From Dehalococcoidales bacterium (lineage in GTDB: Bacteria > Chloroflexota > Dehalococcoidia > Dehalococcoidales > RBG-16-60-22): DNA of 64,000 nt. The translations under genes and the position numbers were made by a program. Under the pieces are notes generated by a model. That model was not told the origin of the DNA and made no database searches. It saw only the letters and a program-made list of their open reading frames with translations. Location: the NCBI GenBank assembly GCA_034414775.1, contig DAOULX010000019.1:13891-77890 (forward strand), in the 5' to 3' direction. Positions 9,198-17,775 of this stretch are shown piece by piece; the stretch's first letter is position 1, and the number at the start of each line of letters is the position of its first letter.

Positions 9198-10589
9198 TTA
9201 AAGGGGCACCCGGGCCATCTCTTTGGCAGACGTTCTCCCGATGGTGGCGGCCCTCCGGAATTCCCTGATGATGGGGATCGTAAGAATAACCGACAGGAGG
9301 AAAGTCAGCCCGTCCGAAACGGGGAAGGCGAAAAGGAGGCCGTCGTACCCCATGAATCGGGACATCAGCAGGGCGGCCGGTATCATAAAAACGAGCGGCC
9401 GGCAGATGGCCGTGACGAAAGCCTGCGTCGCCTTGCCCAACGCCTGGAAGGACGCCGTGCCGACCATCATCGTCCCGGTAATCGGCAGGATGATGAAAAC
9501 TCGCCGGGCCATGTATATAGCCTGGGCGATGACCTCCTGGTCGTTGGTGAAAATACTGACGATAGGCCCCGGGAGGAGGTACAGCACCAGAAAGACGATA
9601 ACGCTCGCGGACATGGCGGCTATATAGGCCATTATCAATGACTTCGCCGCCAGGTTAAAACGTTTCGCTCCGTAGTTGAAACCGAGGATGGGCTGCGCCC
9701 CCTGCCCTAGGACGATCCCCGGCATGATGGCAAACATTATGATCCGCTGGATAATACCGAAAGCGGACAGGGCAATATCTCCACCGTGGGTGACTATCAG
9801 CCGGATAACGAACATCGCCGAGAGGCTGCCGGCCACCGTCTGAATAAAGGACGCAATCCCTATCGCCAGGATTGATTTGAGAATCCCAAACTCCGGCCAT
9901 AGGTTGGCGGTGCGGATTTTCAGGTAGCTGCTTCCCGAGAGGTAATAGCTGATGAGGTACAGCATGGTGGTTGTCTGGCCGATAACGGTGGCCACGGCGG
10001 CACCCTTCACCCCCATGCCCAGCCAGATGATGAAGACGGCGTCGAGGATAATATTGAGCACGCCGCCGAGCACCATGCTGGTCATGCCGACCCTGGCGTT
10101 GCCTTCGCCGCGGGCGAAGTTGAGCATCGCCATGGCGAAGGTATTGAAAATGCTGCCGGCCATAATGATAACCAGGTACTCCCGCGCCAGCGGTAGGACG
10201 TGCTCCGAAGCGCCAATGAGCCGCAGCCAGAAATCTATATTGAGCAGGATGATAACCGCCATCACCACAGAGAGGACGATGGATAGGAATACTCCGTTGC
10301 CGAGGACACGCTCCGCCCGGGCATAGTCGCCAGAGCCGATGGACCGCGAGATAAGGGAAGAGCTACCCAGTCCCACCATCATGCCGACGCCCATGGAAAG
10401 AATCTGGAGCGGAAAGGCGATGGAAAGTCCAGCAATGGCCAGCGGGCCGACGAAGTGCCCGACAAAAATAGTATTGACGACGTTATACATGGTCTGGATA
10501 AACATGCCGAAGAAGACCGGCAGCGAAAGCGTTATCAGCAGGCGCCCGATTTTATCCGTGTTAAGTACGTGGTGGTTGTGATTTGCCAT
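9198..10589 (-). CDS. MATE-family efflux transporter
   Basis: 463 aa with 12 TM helices. MATE-typical N-terminal block (LLITLSLPVFFGMFIQTMYNVVNTIFVGH). Confidence 0.9.
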   Translation of the reverse strand: MANHNHHVLNTDKIGRLLITLSLPVFFGMFIQTMYNVVNTIFVGHFVGPLAIAGLSIAFPLQILSMGVGMMVGLGSSSLISRSIGSGDYARAERVLGNGVFLSIVLSVVMAVIILLNIDFWLRLIGASEHVLPLAREYLVIIMAGSIFNTFAMAMLNFARGEGNARVGMTSMVLGGVLNIILDAVFIIWLGMGVKGAAVATVIGQTTTMLYLISYYLSGSSYLKIRTANLWPEFGILKSILAIGIASFIQTVAGSLSAMFVIRLIVTHGGDIALSAFGIIQRIIMFAIMPGIVLGQGAQPILGFNYGAKRFNLAAKSLIMAYIAAMSASVIVFLVLYLLPGPIVSIFTNDQEVIAQAIYMARRVFIILPITGTMMVGTASFQALGKATQAFVTAICRPLVFMIPAALLMSRFMGYDGLLFAFPVSDGLTFLLSVILTIPIIREFRRAATIGRTSAKEMARVPL

Positions 10590-10635
10590 TTGGTTTGAGC
10601 ATCTTTCTTTTAAGTTGTTCTTGTTTCCGGAGCAT

Positions 10636-11091
10636 TTACTGGGTCTTGGAGAGAATGTCCCGCAGGTTCCTCAAAGACTCGCACAGCGTTTCCATATCGG
10701 CCTCGGTGAGGGTGGACGTAATCTCCCGGATGGCATTGACCAGGTTGGCCTGGTGCTCCTCCATGACCTGGTGCCCCTTGGCGGTCAGGGCAATGTTAAG
10801 GGTGCGCCGGTCGGCGGCGTCCATTCCTCTTTCCACCAGACTCAGCCCCACCAGTTTATCGATCAGATGGGTCATCTGTGCCTTGGCAATCTGCAGCCTC
10901 TCGCCGATTTCGGCTACGTGCAGTGTGCCCTCTTCCTTTAAAACCCTCATAATCTCAAAATGCGGCAGGTTGATGTCGGCATCGACGCCCGCCAGGGAGG
11001 TCCTGACCAGTTTCCTCCGCAGCAGTCTGAAGATGAGGGGCGGTATCGAGAGCAGGTCTAAGGCAACCCGGCTGAGGATTTCACCGCGCAT
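10636..11091 (-). CDS. MarR-family transcriptional regulator
   Basis: 151-aa winged HTH (VAEIGERLQIAKAQMTHLIDKLV..RRTLNIALTAKG). Lies immediately upstream of the MATE gene in the same orientation. Confidence 0.85.
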   Translation of the reverse strand: MRGEILSRVALDLLSIPPLIFRLLRRKLVRTSLAGVDADINLPHFEIMRVLKEEGTLHVAEIGERLQIAKAQMTHLIDKLVGLSLVERGMDAADRRTLNIALTAKGHQVMEEHQANLVNAIREITSTLTEADMETLCESLRNLRDILSKTQ

Positions 11092-11220
11092 GGTCTCCTC
11101 CTATTACCGTTAAAAGTGTTATAAGTATATAGAATAAACAGTCTATTAACTATATAGTATATATTATAAACTATTATCCCGCGAAATGCAATAGTAGAAA
11201 AGTACTCGCCATGTAATATA

Positions 11221-11229
11221 TGTTACAAT
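11221..11229 (+). promoter_or_regulatory. Extended -10 element (TGTTACAAT)
   Basis: TGnTAnAAT-type extended -10 in the AT-rich MarR/grx divergent region, ~35 nt upstream of ATG 11264. Confidence 0.35.
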
Positions 11230-11263
11230 TGAATGAAGGGAGAACACGATGAGGAGGTGTTTG

Positions 11264-11545
11264 ATGGATATCAAACACGTTGAAGGTAAAAGTAAGGGCA
11301 AGGTGATGCTTTATGCATTGAGTACCTGCGGCTGGTGCCGACGCACCAAAGCCCTGCTTAACGACCTCGGCGTGGCCTACGATTACACCGACGTCGATCT
11401 TCTCAAAGGCAAAGAGCAAGATGCAGCCATTGAGGAGATTAAAAAATACAATCCTGATTGCAATTTCCCGACTATGGTTATTGACGGCGATAAATGTATC
11501 GTCGGTTTCAGGGAAGACGAAATCCGGGAGGCCCTGGGAAAATGA
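11264..11545 (+). CDS. Glutaredoxin-like thioredoxin-fold protein (CGWC active site)
   Basis: [16 protein letters not shown] motif. AGGAGG (11252-11257) lies 6 nt before ATG 11264, so the track start at 11249 is unlikely. ATGA overlap with the next gene. Confidence 0.8.
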   Translation: MDIKHVEGKSKGKVMLYALSTCGWCRRTKALLNDLGVAYDYTDVDLLKGKEQDAAIEEIKKYNPDCNFPTMVIDGDKCIVGFREDEIREALGK

Positions 11546-12054
11546 CTCTGGAGAGCGAAATTCCATCGGCAGAGATCGATAGTCTCTATGAAAGGCTCAA
11601 CCGGGAGGCCGAAGCCGGCGGCTACCACCTTAATCCGGACGCTGCCCTGACGCGGGACCTGGTAGCCGGCCTGCTAGTAAACGAGAAACGGTTCGGCTAC
11701 GGGTCGTGTCCCTGCCGGTTGGCCTCGGGGAAAAAGAACCAAGACCTGGACATCGTCTGCCCCTGTGACTACCGCGATCCCGACCTGGCTGATTACGATA
11801 CCTGCTACTGTGGCCTCTACGTGTCAACGGATGTCGTCGAAGGGAAGAAGAAAATCGGCGCCATTCCGGAACGCCGCCCCCCGCCCGTAAAGAAGCGTCC
11901 CACAAAACAGAAACGTAGTAAAGTCACCCCGGCTTCGCTCCCATTGCCGGTCTGGCGCTGTCGGGTCTGCGGCTACCTTTGCGCCCGGGATGGCCCGCCG
12001 GAGATCTGTCCCATATGCAAGGCCAAAAAGGAGCGCTTCGAGCGGTTCATGTGA
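11542..12054 (+). CDS. Ferredoxin:thioredoxin/disulfide reductase catalytic-subunit-like protein fused to a C-terminal rubredoxin domain
   Basis: FTR catalytic Cys pattern SCPCR..VCPCD..CYCGLY, then [14 protein letters not shown] (CxxC..CxxC). Start chosen at the ATG overlapping the grx stop. Confidence 0.75.
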   Translation: MTLESEIPSAEIDSLYERLNREAEAGGYHLNPDAALTRDLVAGLLVNEKRFGYGSCPCRLASGKKNQDLDIVCPCDYRDPDLADYDTCYCGLYVSTDVVEGKKKIGAIPERRPPPVKKRPTKQKRSKVTPASLPLPVWRCRVCGYLCARDGPPEICPICKAKKERFERFM

Positions 12055-12176
12055 CGTTCGGACGATCCTCGTGGCCGGGGATTCGCATTCCGCACAATTA
12101 TTGAAAACAACGGTCATGGGCTTCCCTAAAAAAGCAACTTTATATACTACGCTCAGGATGACACGTCGATACCGGC

Positions 12177-13352
12177 TTATTTCTCTATAACGACCGGGGC
12201 CTTGCCGGGGGTCATAAGTCTCTTGACTACGTCCTCATTGAGCTCAACACCGAGTCCCGGGCCGTCCGGCGGATAGAGGAAGCCGCCTTCATACCTGATG
12301 GGCTTGACAGCCAGGTCATTCTCCAGCGGGACGTTAACCGTGGTGAAGGTGTTGAAAAGATTCAGGGGGCCGATGGCTTCCTGCTCCATCCGGCCAATCC
12401 ACTCGGTGGCCGCCAGGAAATGGGCGTTGGCCGCCGCTCCGAGCGATGAATCAATCATGCAGCCGCACATAACTATCAGGCCGACTGACTGGGCTATCGC
12501 TACGAACTTCTGGGATTTGTGGATGCCGCCGGCCTTGGGTACCTTCAGGAAGAAACCGTCCACCGCGTTCCTCTGGATAAGTTTGGTCAGGTCATTGAGC
12601 TCGGCGGCCGATTCGTCGGCCATTATCGGCGTATCCACCTTTCGGCGTAGTCGCGCCAGCCCATCGATATCCCACCAGGGTATCGGCTGCTCGCAGAGGA
12701 ACAGGTCGTATTTAGCGGCCCCTTTGAGGAACCTGAGGGCATCGAAATAGTGCCAGCCCCCGTTGGTATCGGTCATTATCTTGATATCATTGCCGACCGC
12801 TTCTCTCAGGGCCCCGGTCATCTCGATGTCGTTTTCGATGGATTTGGAGCCCACTTTCAGCTTCAGGGCCCTAAAACCCTCTTTCACCAGGCCGCGACCC
12901 TCCTCAGCGACTTCTTCCGGAGTACCCGAAGACATCACGAACGCCAGCGGTATCTTGGGATTGGAAAGGCCCCCCAACAGCTTGTAGACCGGCACGCCCA
13001 GGGCCTTGCCCATGATATCGTGAAGAGTATAGTCGATAACGGCCTTCGATTGATTATTGGTCTTGGCGGCCTTGTCCATCCTGGCCACGATCGTCTCGAT
13101 GTTGAAGGGGTCCTCACCGAGGAGTATCTGCGGGCCGAAGATTTTGGTGATGTTATACAAAATCGAGTCCTGACTCTCGCCCATGTACCAGAGGGAAGTG
13201 TCCCCGGTCTCGCAGATACCCGTAATCCCTTCGTCGGTGTGTACTTTAACGACCACCGCATCGGAGACAGCGGCGGTGCCCAGGCCCATTTTCATCGGCT
13301 TAGCGAACGGTATAGATACGGGGATGCATTCTATCTTGGTTATTTTCACCAT
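12177..13352 (-). CDS. Enolase-superfamily enzyme (mandelate racemase/muconate lactonizing family)
   Basis: KxK (LKLKVG), DTNGGW, CEQP and MADES metal/catalytic blocks. 391 aa. Confidence 0.85.
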   Translation of the reverse strand: MVKITKIECIPVSIPFAKPMKMGLGTAAVSDAVVVKVHTDEGITGICETGDTSLWYMGESQDSILYNITKIFGPQILLGEDPFNIETIVARMDKAAKTNNQSKAVIDYTLHDIMGKALGVPVYKLLGGLSNPKIPLAFVMSSGTPEEVAEEGRGLVKEGFRALKLKVGSKSIENDIEMTGALREAVGNDIKIMTDTNGGWHYFDALRFLKGAAKYDLFLCEQPIPWWDIDGLARLRRKVDTPIMADESAAELNDLTKLIQRNAVDGFFLKVPKAGGIHKSQKFVAIAQSVGLIVMCGCMIDSSLGAAANAHFLAATEWIGRMEQEAIGPLNLFNTFTTVNVPLENDLAVKPIRYEGGFLYPPDGPGLGVELNEDVVKRLMTPGKAPVVIEK

Positions 13353-13534
13353 GTCCTCCTTGAGCCGGATTATTTGTTTCGTTGCAGGGATGATTATTTC
13401 TATATAGCATTTTAAGAGTGGTCAAGTCAAACGCCCTTGGATTTGAAATACGACAAAAGTCGTGGCAAGCTGATCTCTCATCGTGTAATATGAACTAGTA
13501 AAGGAAAGTACCTCAAACAAAGGAGGTAACGAAG

Positions 13535-13765
13535 ATGGATATGAAATGCCCGGGTCAGGATATCAGGAACCTGCGAGCGGCTATGTACAAGTGCCCCAAC
13601 TGCGGGGCCGAGGTGGAAATGTTTTCCGACGAGCTCAGGATAAAGTGCAAGAAATGTGGCGAATACGTTTATAAAGAGAAGACGCCTTCCTGCATCGAGT
13701 GGTGCCCGTCGGCCAAGCAGTGCCTCGGTGAGGAGCGCTGGAAAGCCCTGAAGGGCGAAGCCTAA
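13535..13765 (+). CDS. Small Cys-rich zinc-ribbon protein
   Basis: 76 aa with CPNCG..CKKCG plus further Cys residues (CIEWCPSAKQC). AAGGAGG lies upstream. Forms an operon with the downstream Fe-S protein. Confidence 0.65.
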   Translation: MDMKCPGQDIRNLRAAMYKCPNCGAEVEMFSDELRIKCKKCGEYVYKEKTPSCIEWCPSAKQCLGEERWKALKGEA

Positions 13766-13787
13766 AATACGTTCGGGAGTAACTGAA

Positions 13788-14498
13788 ATGGTAAGAAAGA
13801 CGGTCAGGAACATCGTTAAAATCGATGAGGAGAAATGTACCGGCTGTGGCATGTGTATCATCGCCTGTGCCGAGGGAGCGCTGGAGATCATCGATGGCAA
13901 GGCCAAGCTAATCAGCGAGCAATACTGCGACGGCCTGGGTAACTGCCTCGATTGCCCTGAGGGTGCTATAACCATCGAGCAGCGCGAGGCTGAGGACTTC
14001 GATGAGACTGCCGTTGAGCAGCACCTGGCGGCGGCCGGTGCCGAAGTAACTCTGGCCTGTGGCTGTCCTTCCTCAACCGTCACGCAGTTCGAAACGACCG
14101 CGGCTCCGGCGGAAAAACCGCAACCTTCCCGGCTCGGGCACTGGCCCGTGCAGCTGGCCCTGGTACCGCCGACGGCGCCGTTTCTGAAAAATGCAGACCT
14201 GATATTGGCGGCGGACTGTGTCCCCTTCGCCTGCGCCGGTTTTCACCAGGAGTTCCTCGGGGAAGGGCGTGCCCTGCTGGTGGCCTGCCCTAAGCTGGAC
14301 GACTTTCCGGCGCATCAGGCCAGACTGAACGCGATACTGGAACAGGCTGGCATTAAAAGTCTGACGGTGGTGCATATGGAAGTTCCGTGCTGCTCCGGCC
14401 TGGTTCATATGGCCAGACAGGCTATAATAGCCAGCGGCAATAACATACCTTTCAAGGATGTTACCATCAGCACCCGGGGCGAGCGTATCGCCGGCTAG
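13788..14498 (+). CDS. 4Fe-4S dicluster-domain protein with C-terminal Cys-rich domain
   Basis: CTGCGMCIIAC and CDGLGNCLDCP ferredoxin motifs. C-terminal CPKLDD and VPCCSG Cys motifs. Confidence 0.75.
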   Translation: MVRKTVRNIVKIDEEKCTGCGMCIIACAEGALEIIDGKAKLISEQYCDGLGNCLDCPEGAITIEQREAEDFDETAVEQHLAAAGAEVTLACGCPSSTVTQFETTAAPAEKPQPSRLGHWPVQLALVPPTAPFLKNADLILAADCVPFACAGFHQEFLGEGRALLVACPKLDDFPAHQARLNAILEQAGIKSLTVVHMEVPCCSGLVHMARQAIIASGNNIPFKDVTISTRGERIAG

Positions 14499-15058
14499 CC
14501 GCCGGCCAGCCTCTTACCCATCTCGAAGGCGTCAGCCAGGGCGTCGGGGTGGTCCTTTATTTCGCCCCTTTTATCGACGCCTCTTATGAGCAGTTCTTCG
14601 GTGTACACGGTGTTGATGGCCTTGAAGAAGTAGCTGGCGGTCAGCTTCGGCCCGTCAAAGAGCTTGGCGCCCTTGGTTGCCCCCACGGCGATGAAGGCGC
14701 CTTTTCTTTCCGGTATGTCCAGGTTCTTCAGGACGTACTTCCTGGCCCAGAGCGCCTGGCAGCGGCTGATGAGCGCCAGGATTTGGGCGCTGACGGCATA
14801 AAAAAATATCGGCGAGGCCAGTATGATGGCGTCCGCGCCGAGTATCTTCTGGTAAATATCATCCATGTCGTCCTCAATGACGCAGTTGCCGTCCTTGAGG
14901 CAGGCGTAGTATTCCTTGCAGGGGGTTATCTTCAGCTTGTCGACAACGATCTTCTCAACCTCCGCCCCCGTTTCCGCCGCCCCCCTGAGGGCCTCGTCCA
15001 GCAGCAGGTCGGTGTTACCTTTAATCCTCGGGCTCCCCATAATTCCAAGTATTTTCAA
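14495..15058 (-). CDS. Flavodoxin-like FMN reductase / iron-sulfur flavoprotein-like
   Basis: ILGIMGSPRIKGNT and ILASPIFF blocks. Cys triad C-x5-C-x5-C. Start moved to TTG 15058 (alternative ATG 15040) because the track's longer ORF overlaps the upstream tautomerase gene. Confidence 0.75.
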   Translation of the reverse strand: MKILGIMGSPRIKGNTDLLLDEALRGAAETGAEVEKIVVDKLKITPCKEYYACLKDGNCVIEDDMDDIYQKILGADAIILASPIFFYAVSAQILALISRCQALWARKYVLKNLDIPERKGAFIAVGATKGAKLFDGPKLTASYFFKAINTVYTEELLIRGVDKRGEIKDHPDALADAFEMGKRLAGG

Positions 15059-15062
15059 CGGA

Positions 15063-15254
15063 CTACCTCTGTTGATCGCACATGAGTGTGCCGGCGTCAG
15101 CGATATTTTCCCGGCCGTACTCGATGAGGTCGATGTGAACGGCCCCCGGCGAGCAGTTGACGTTCCGGACAATGGCCTCGGTAACGTCTTTAACCAGGCC
15201 GCGTTTCTGCTCCATAGTCCTGCCTTCAATCAACTTGATGGTTACCAGCGGCAT
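15063..15254 (-). CDS. 4-oxalocrotonate tautomerase family protein
   Basis: 63 aa. N-terminal MPLVTIKLIEGRT..EQKRGLVKDVTEAI, with the catalytic-type Pro at position 2. Confidence 0.85.
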   Translation of the reverse strand: MPLVTIKLIEGRTMEQKRGLVKDVTEAIVRNVNCSPGAVHIDLIEYGRENIADAGTLMCDQQR

Positions 15255-15403
15255 ATGGTTGTCCCCTTTCTCATATCCTCTCGCAGAGAGTTTAATGCGC
15301 GGTAGGGCGGGGAGTCAAATATCTCTGGATTGACATAGTCAGAATCTAATTGCTAAACTTCTTCTGCACACCTGGTTTTATGCATTAAGGGGCTTCATTA
15401 ACC

Positions 15404-15931
15404 GTGGCAAAAGCGAAAGGACTAGTCCAGGTATTCACCGGCACTGGTAAGGGAAAAACAACGGCGGCGCTGGGCACGGTGCTGCGGGCGGCCGGGCACG
15501 GACTGAAAATATACATCGTCTTTTTTATGAAAGGTGATTATGAACGAGGCGAGTTCAAGGCCCTTACTCAGTTTCCCAACGTCGAGGTGTCCCGGTCCGG
15601 TTTCCGTAAGTTCATCGATCCCGCCCATGTCACGCTGGAGGAAAAGAAAGAGGCAGGGCGGGCTTTGGCCACCGCTCGCGAGGTGATTACCGGTGGTAAC
15701 TACGACCTGGTCGTGCTTGATGAGCTGAGTATCGCCGTTGCCTATGGACTCGTCGGACTGGATGAAGTCATCCAACTGATACAGGACAAGCCTCCCCATG
15801 TCGAGCTCATCATTACCGGCCGTTACGCCGATAAGCAACTGATTGAAATGGCTGACCTCGTCACCGAAATGGTCAAGATCAAACACCCTCTCGATCAGGG
15901 TGTCAAGGCCAGGAAGGGCATCGAGTATTGA
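15404..15931 (+). CDS. cobO: Cob(I)yrinic acid a,c-diamide adenosyltransferase (CobA/CobO/BtuR type)
   Basis: P-loop FTGTGKGKTTAALG. 175 aa. GTG start. Confidence 0.85.
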   Translation: MAKAKGLVQVFTGTGKGKTTAALGTVLRAAGHGLKIYIVFFMKGDYERGEFKALTQFPNVEVSRSGFRKFIDPAHVTLEEKKEAGRALATAREVITGGNYDLVVLDELSIAVAYGLVGLDEVIQLIQDKPPHVELIITGRYADKQLIEMADLVTEMVKIKHPLDQGVKARKGIEY

Positions 15932-15950
15932 ACGGGAAGGCTGCGAAGCT

Positions 15951-16565
15951 TTGACCGAGACCAGACCGATACTCTTGCTGGCTACCGGCAACAAAGGCAA
16001 GGTCCGCGAGTACCGTGTCCTGCTACGAGGTATCCCCTACGAAATAAAGACACCCGCCGAACTGGGCGTCACCGTCGACGTTGACGAGGCCGGCGCAACC
16101 TTCGAGGAGAATGCTACCCTCAAAGCGACTACGCTCGCCCGGGTCAGCGGGCGGCTCTCCCTGGCCGATGATTCCGGCCTGGAAGTGGATGCCCTGGGCG
16201 GCGAGCCGGGATCGCGCTCTCACCGCTACGCCGGGGAACACGCTTCCGATACGAAACTGATCGACTATCTTCTTAAAAAACTGGAAGGCGTTCCCGAAAG
16301 TGAGCGTACCGCCCGTTTCCGCTGTGTCATCGCCGTTGCCACGCCGGAAGGCGAGGTGACGCTTTTTTCAGGGGAATGCCGGGGTATCGTTATATCTCAG
16401 CCCCGGGGCCGGCGAGGCTTCGGCTACGACCCTGTTTTTTATCTGCCGGAGCTGGGAAGGACCATGGCGGAGCTGACCCTGGCGGAGAAAAACCGGGTCA
16501 GCCACCGGGCGAGGGCAGCGGCCAGGGCGCGAGAGGCGCTGATGAAACAAGATAATTCTTTTTGA
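15951..16565 (+). CDS. rdgB: Non-canonical purine NTP pyrophosphatase (RdgB/HAM1)
   Basis: LLATGNKGKVREY, ADDSGLEVDAL and FGYDPVF blocks. The TTG 15951 start is inferred; the track ORF begins inside cobO. Confidence 0.8.
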   Translation: MTETRPILLLATGNKGKVREYRVLLRGIPYEIKTPAELGVTVDVDEAGATFEENATLKATTLARVSGRLSLADDSGLEVDALGGEPGSRSHRYAGEHASDTKLIDYLLKKLEGVPESERTARFRCVIAVATPEGEVTLFSGECRGIVISQPRGRRGFGYDPVFYLPELGRTMAELTLAEKNRVSHRARAAARAREALMKQDNSF

Positions 16566-16592
16566 GTGTTGGATTGCCTGAGCTTAATTACC

Positions 16593-17606
16593 TCATACCT
16601 TGCTGCCCGTAATCCCCCATAGCAGTTGACTAAACGGTTCAGGGACAATTTTCCTAAAATCAACCCATGTAAACTGTTGTAAGAATATAGGCAATTTTGG
16701 AACTTGAACACAATCTGCCAGAATTACGGGGATTACAGGACACCTTCTCCTAATGAATTCGCTGAGAAAGGCACGCGTTTCAGCATTCTGCCATGGCCCT
16801 ATACCACTTGGACCTACAAAAACCACGGCTGTTTTTATCTGACTTATTTGCTCTTCTAGTAGTTCCTGCCAGAGACGCCCCGGGGGTAATTGTTCTTCGT
16901 CAAACCATGTCACTATTCCAGCGTTCTTTAATCTGCCATTCATTTCACGTATAACGTCTCTATCTTCGCTGTTATAACTAATAAAAACATCAAATCTATC
17001 TTGCCTAGGCCTTATTTGCCAAAATTCACATATATCCATGTTACTTCGGGAGGCGTTGCTTAATTCATTCAAAACTGCCTGAATTTGCTTAAGAATCTCA
17101 GAATTCGACTTATCCCCGTATTCTTCATAATCGGCAAGGCATTCGGCGCATAATAGACCAGTTCGCATCCCTAAATCAACGCCTGTTTTATCCATCCATA
17201 GATCATTTATACATCCGGTATTGTCTTTGTGCCGGATTCCTATTCCAAGGTGCTGTAATACAACGGCACAGAGGAAAAATACAACGCCGTTATTCAATGA
17301 GAGATTCGAAAGATAATCCCATCCCCAAAAGGATATAATACTTTTGTTATCCACTCCCTCCCAGAAGTAGTTATTGTCATAAGGAATTCCAGTGAGCATG
17401 ATCGTATGGTCAGAATCAGAGCTTTCATCTAGAATTGACCGAGGTATTTTCGTATAGGTTTGCGGTGCTGAAATAAATTCGGTATTAATTTTGAAATGTG
17501 ACTTACCTCTTGCCAGGCTTAGATTTGGTGCAAGTTTCATAATATGTTCAGTAATACAAGCAAGGTCCATTCCAAGTGAACTCTCTGAATATAATGTAAT
17601 CTTCAA
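16593..17606 (-). CDS. TIR-domain protein with uncharacterised Cys/His-rich N-terminal domain
   Basis: The C-terminal ~130 aa are FDVFISYNSEDRD..VTWFDEEQL..GPWQNAETRAFL, a bacterial TIR pattern. TTG start with GGAGG 6 nt upstream. The gene is visibly AT-rich compared with its flanks. Confidence 0.85.
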   Translation of the reverse strand: MKITLYSESSLGMDLACITEHIMKLAPNLSLARGKSHFKINTEFISAPQTYTKIPRSILDESSDSDHTIMLTGIPYDNNYFWEGVDNKSIISFWGWDYLSNLSLNNGVVFFLCAVVLQHLGIGIRHKDNTGCINDLWMDKTGVDLGMRTGLLCAECLADYEEYGDKSNSEILKQIQAVLNELSNASRSNMDICEFWQIRPRQDRFDVFISYNSEDRDVIREMNGRLKNAGIVTWFDEEQLPPGRLWQELLEEQISQIKTAVVFVGPSGIGPWQNAETRAFLSEFIRRRCPVIPVILADCVQVPKLPIFLQQFTWVDFRKIVPEPFSQLLWGITGSKV

Positions 17607-17655
17607 TCTCTACCTCCGTATTGATAGATTACTTCAATTGTTGTGTAATTGCATC

Positions 17656-17684
17656 ATTTTAAAATCACCAATTTGAAATGTCAA
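17656..17684 (-). promoter_or_regulatory. Sigma70-like promoter of the TIR gene
   Basis: On the minus strand: TTGACA (17684-17679), 17-nt spacer, TAAAAT (17661-17656), ~50 nt upstream of the TTG start. Confidence 0.5.
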
Positions 17685-17775
17685 TATCAAAGCCCATTGA
17701 CACTTGCACAAAAGTTATTCACAACAGAATGTCATATCGTCTTGGTGTAGACGACGTCTACATCATCAAGGTGGA

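Noticed and set aside
14495-15229. 244-aa version of the flavoprotein ORF.
   Set aside because: The N-terminal 57 codons overlap the tautomerase gene in another frame and look non-protein-like. Homology begins at LKILGIMGSP, so I used TTG 15058.
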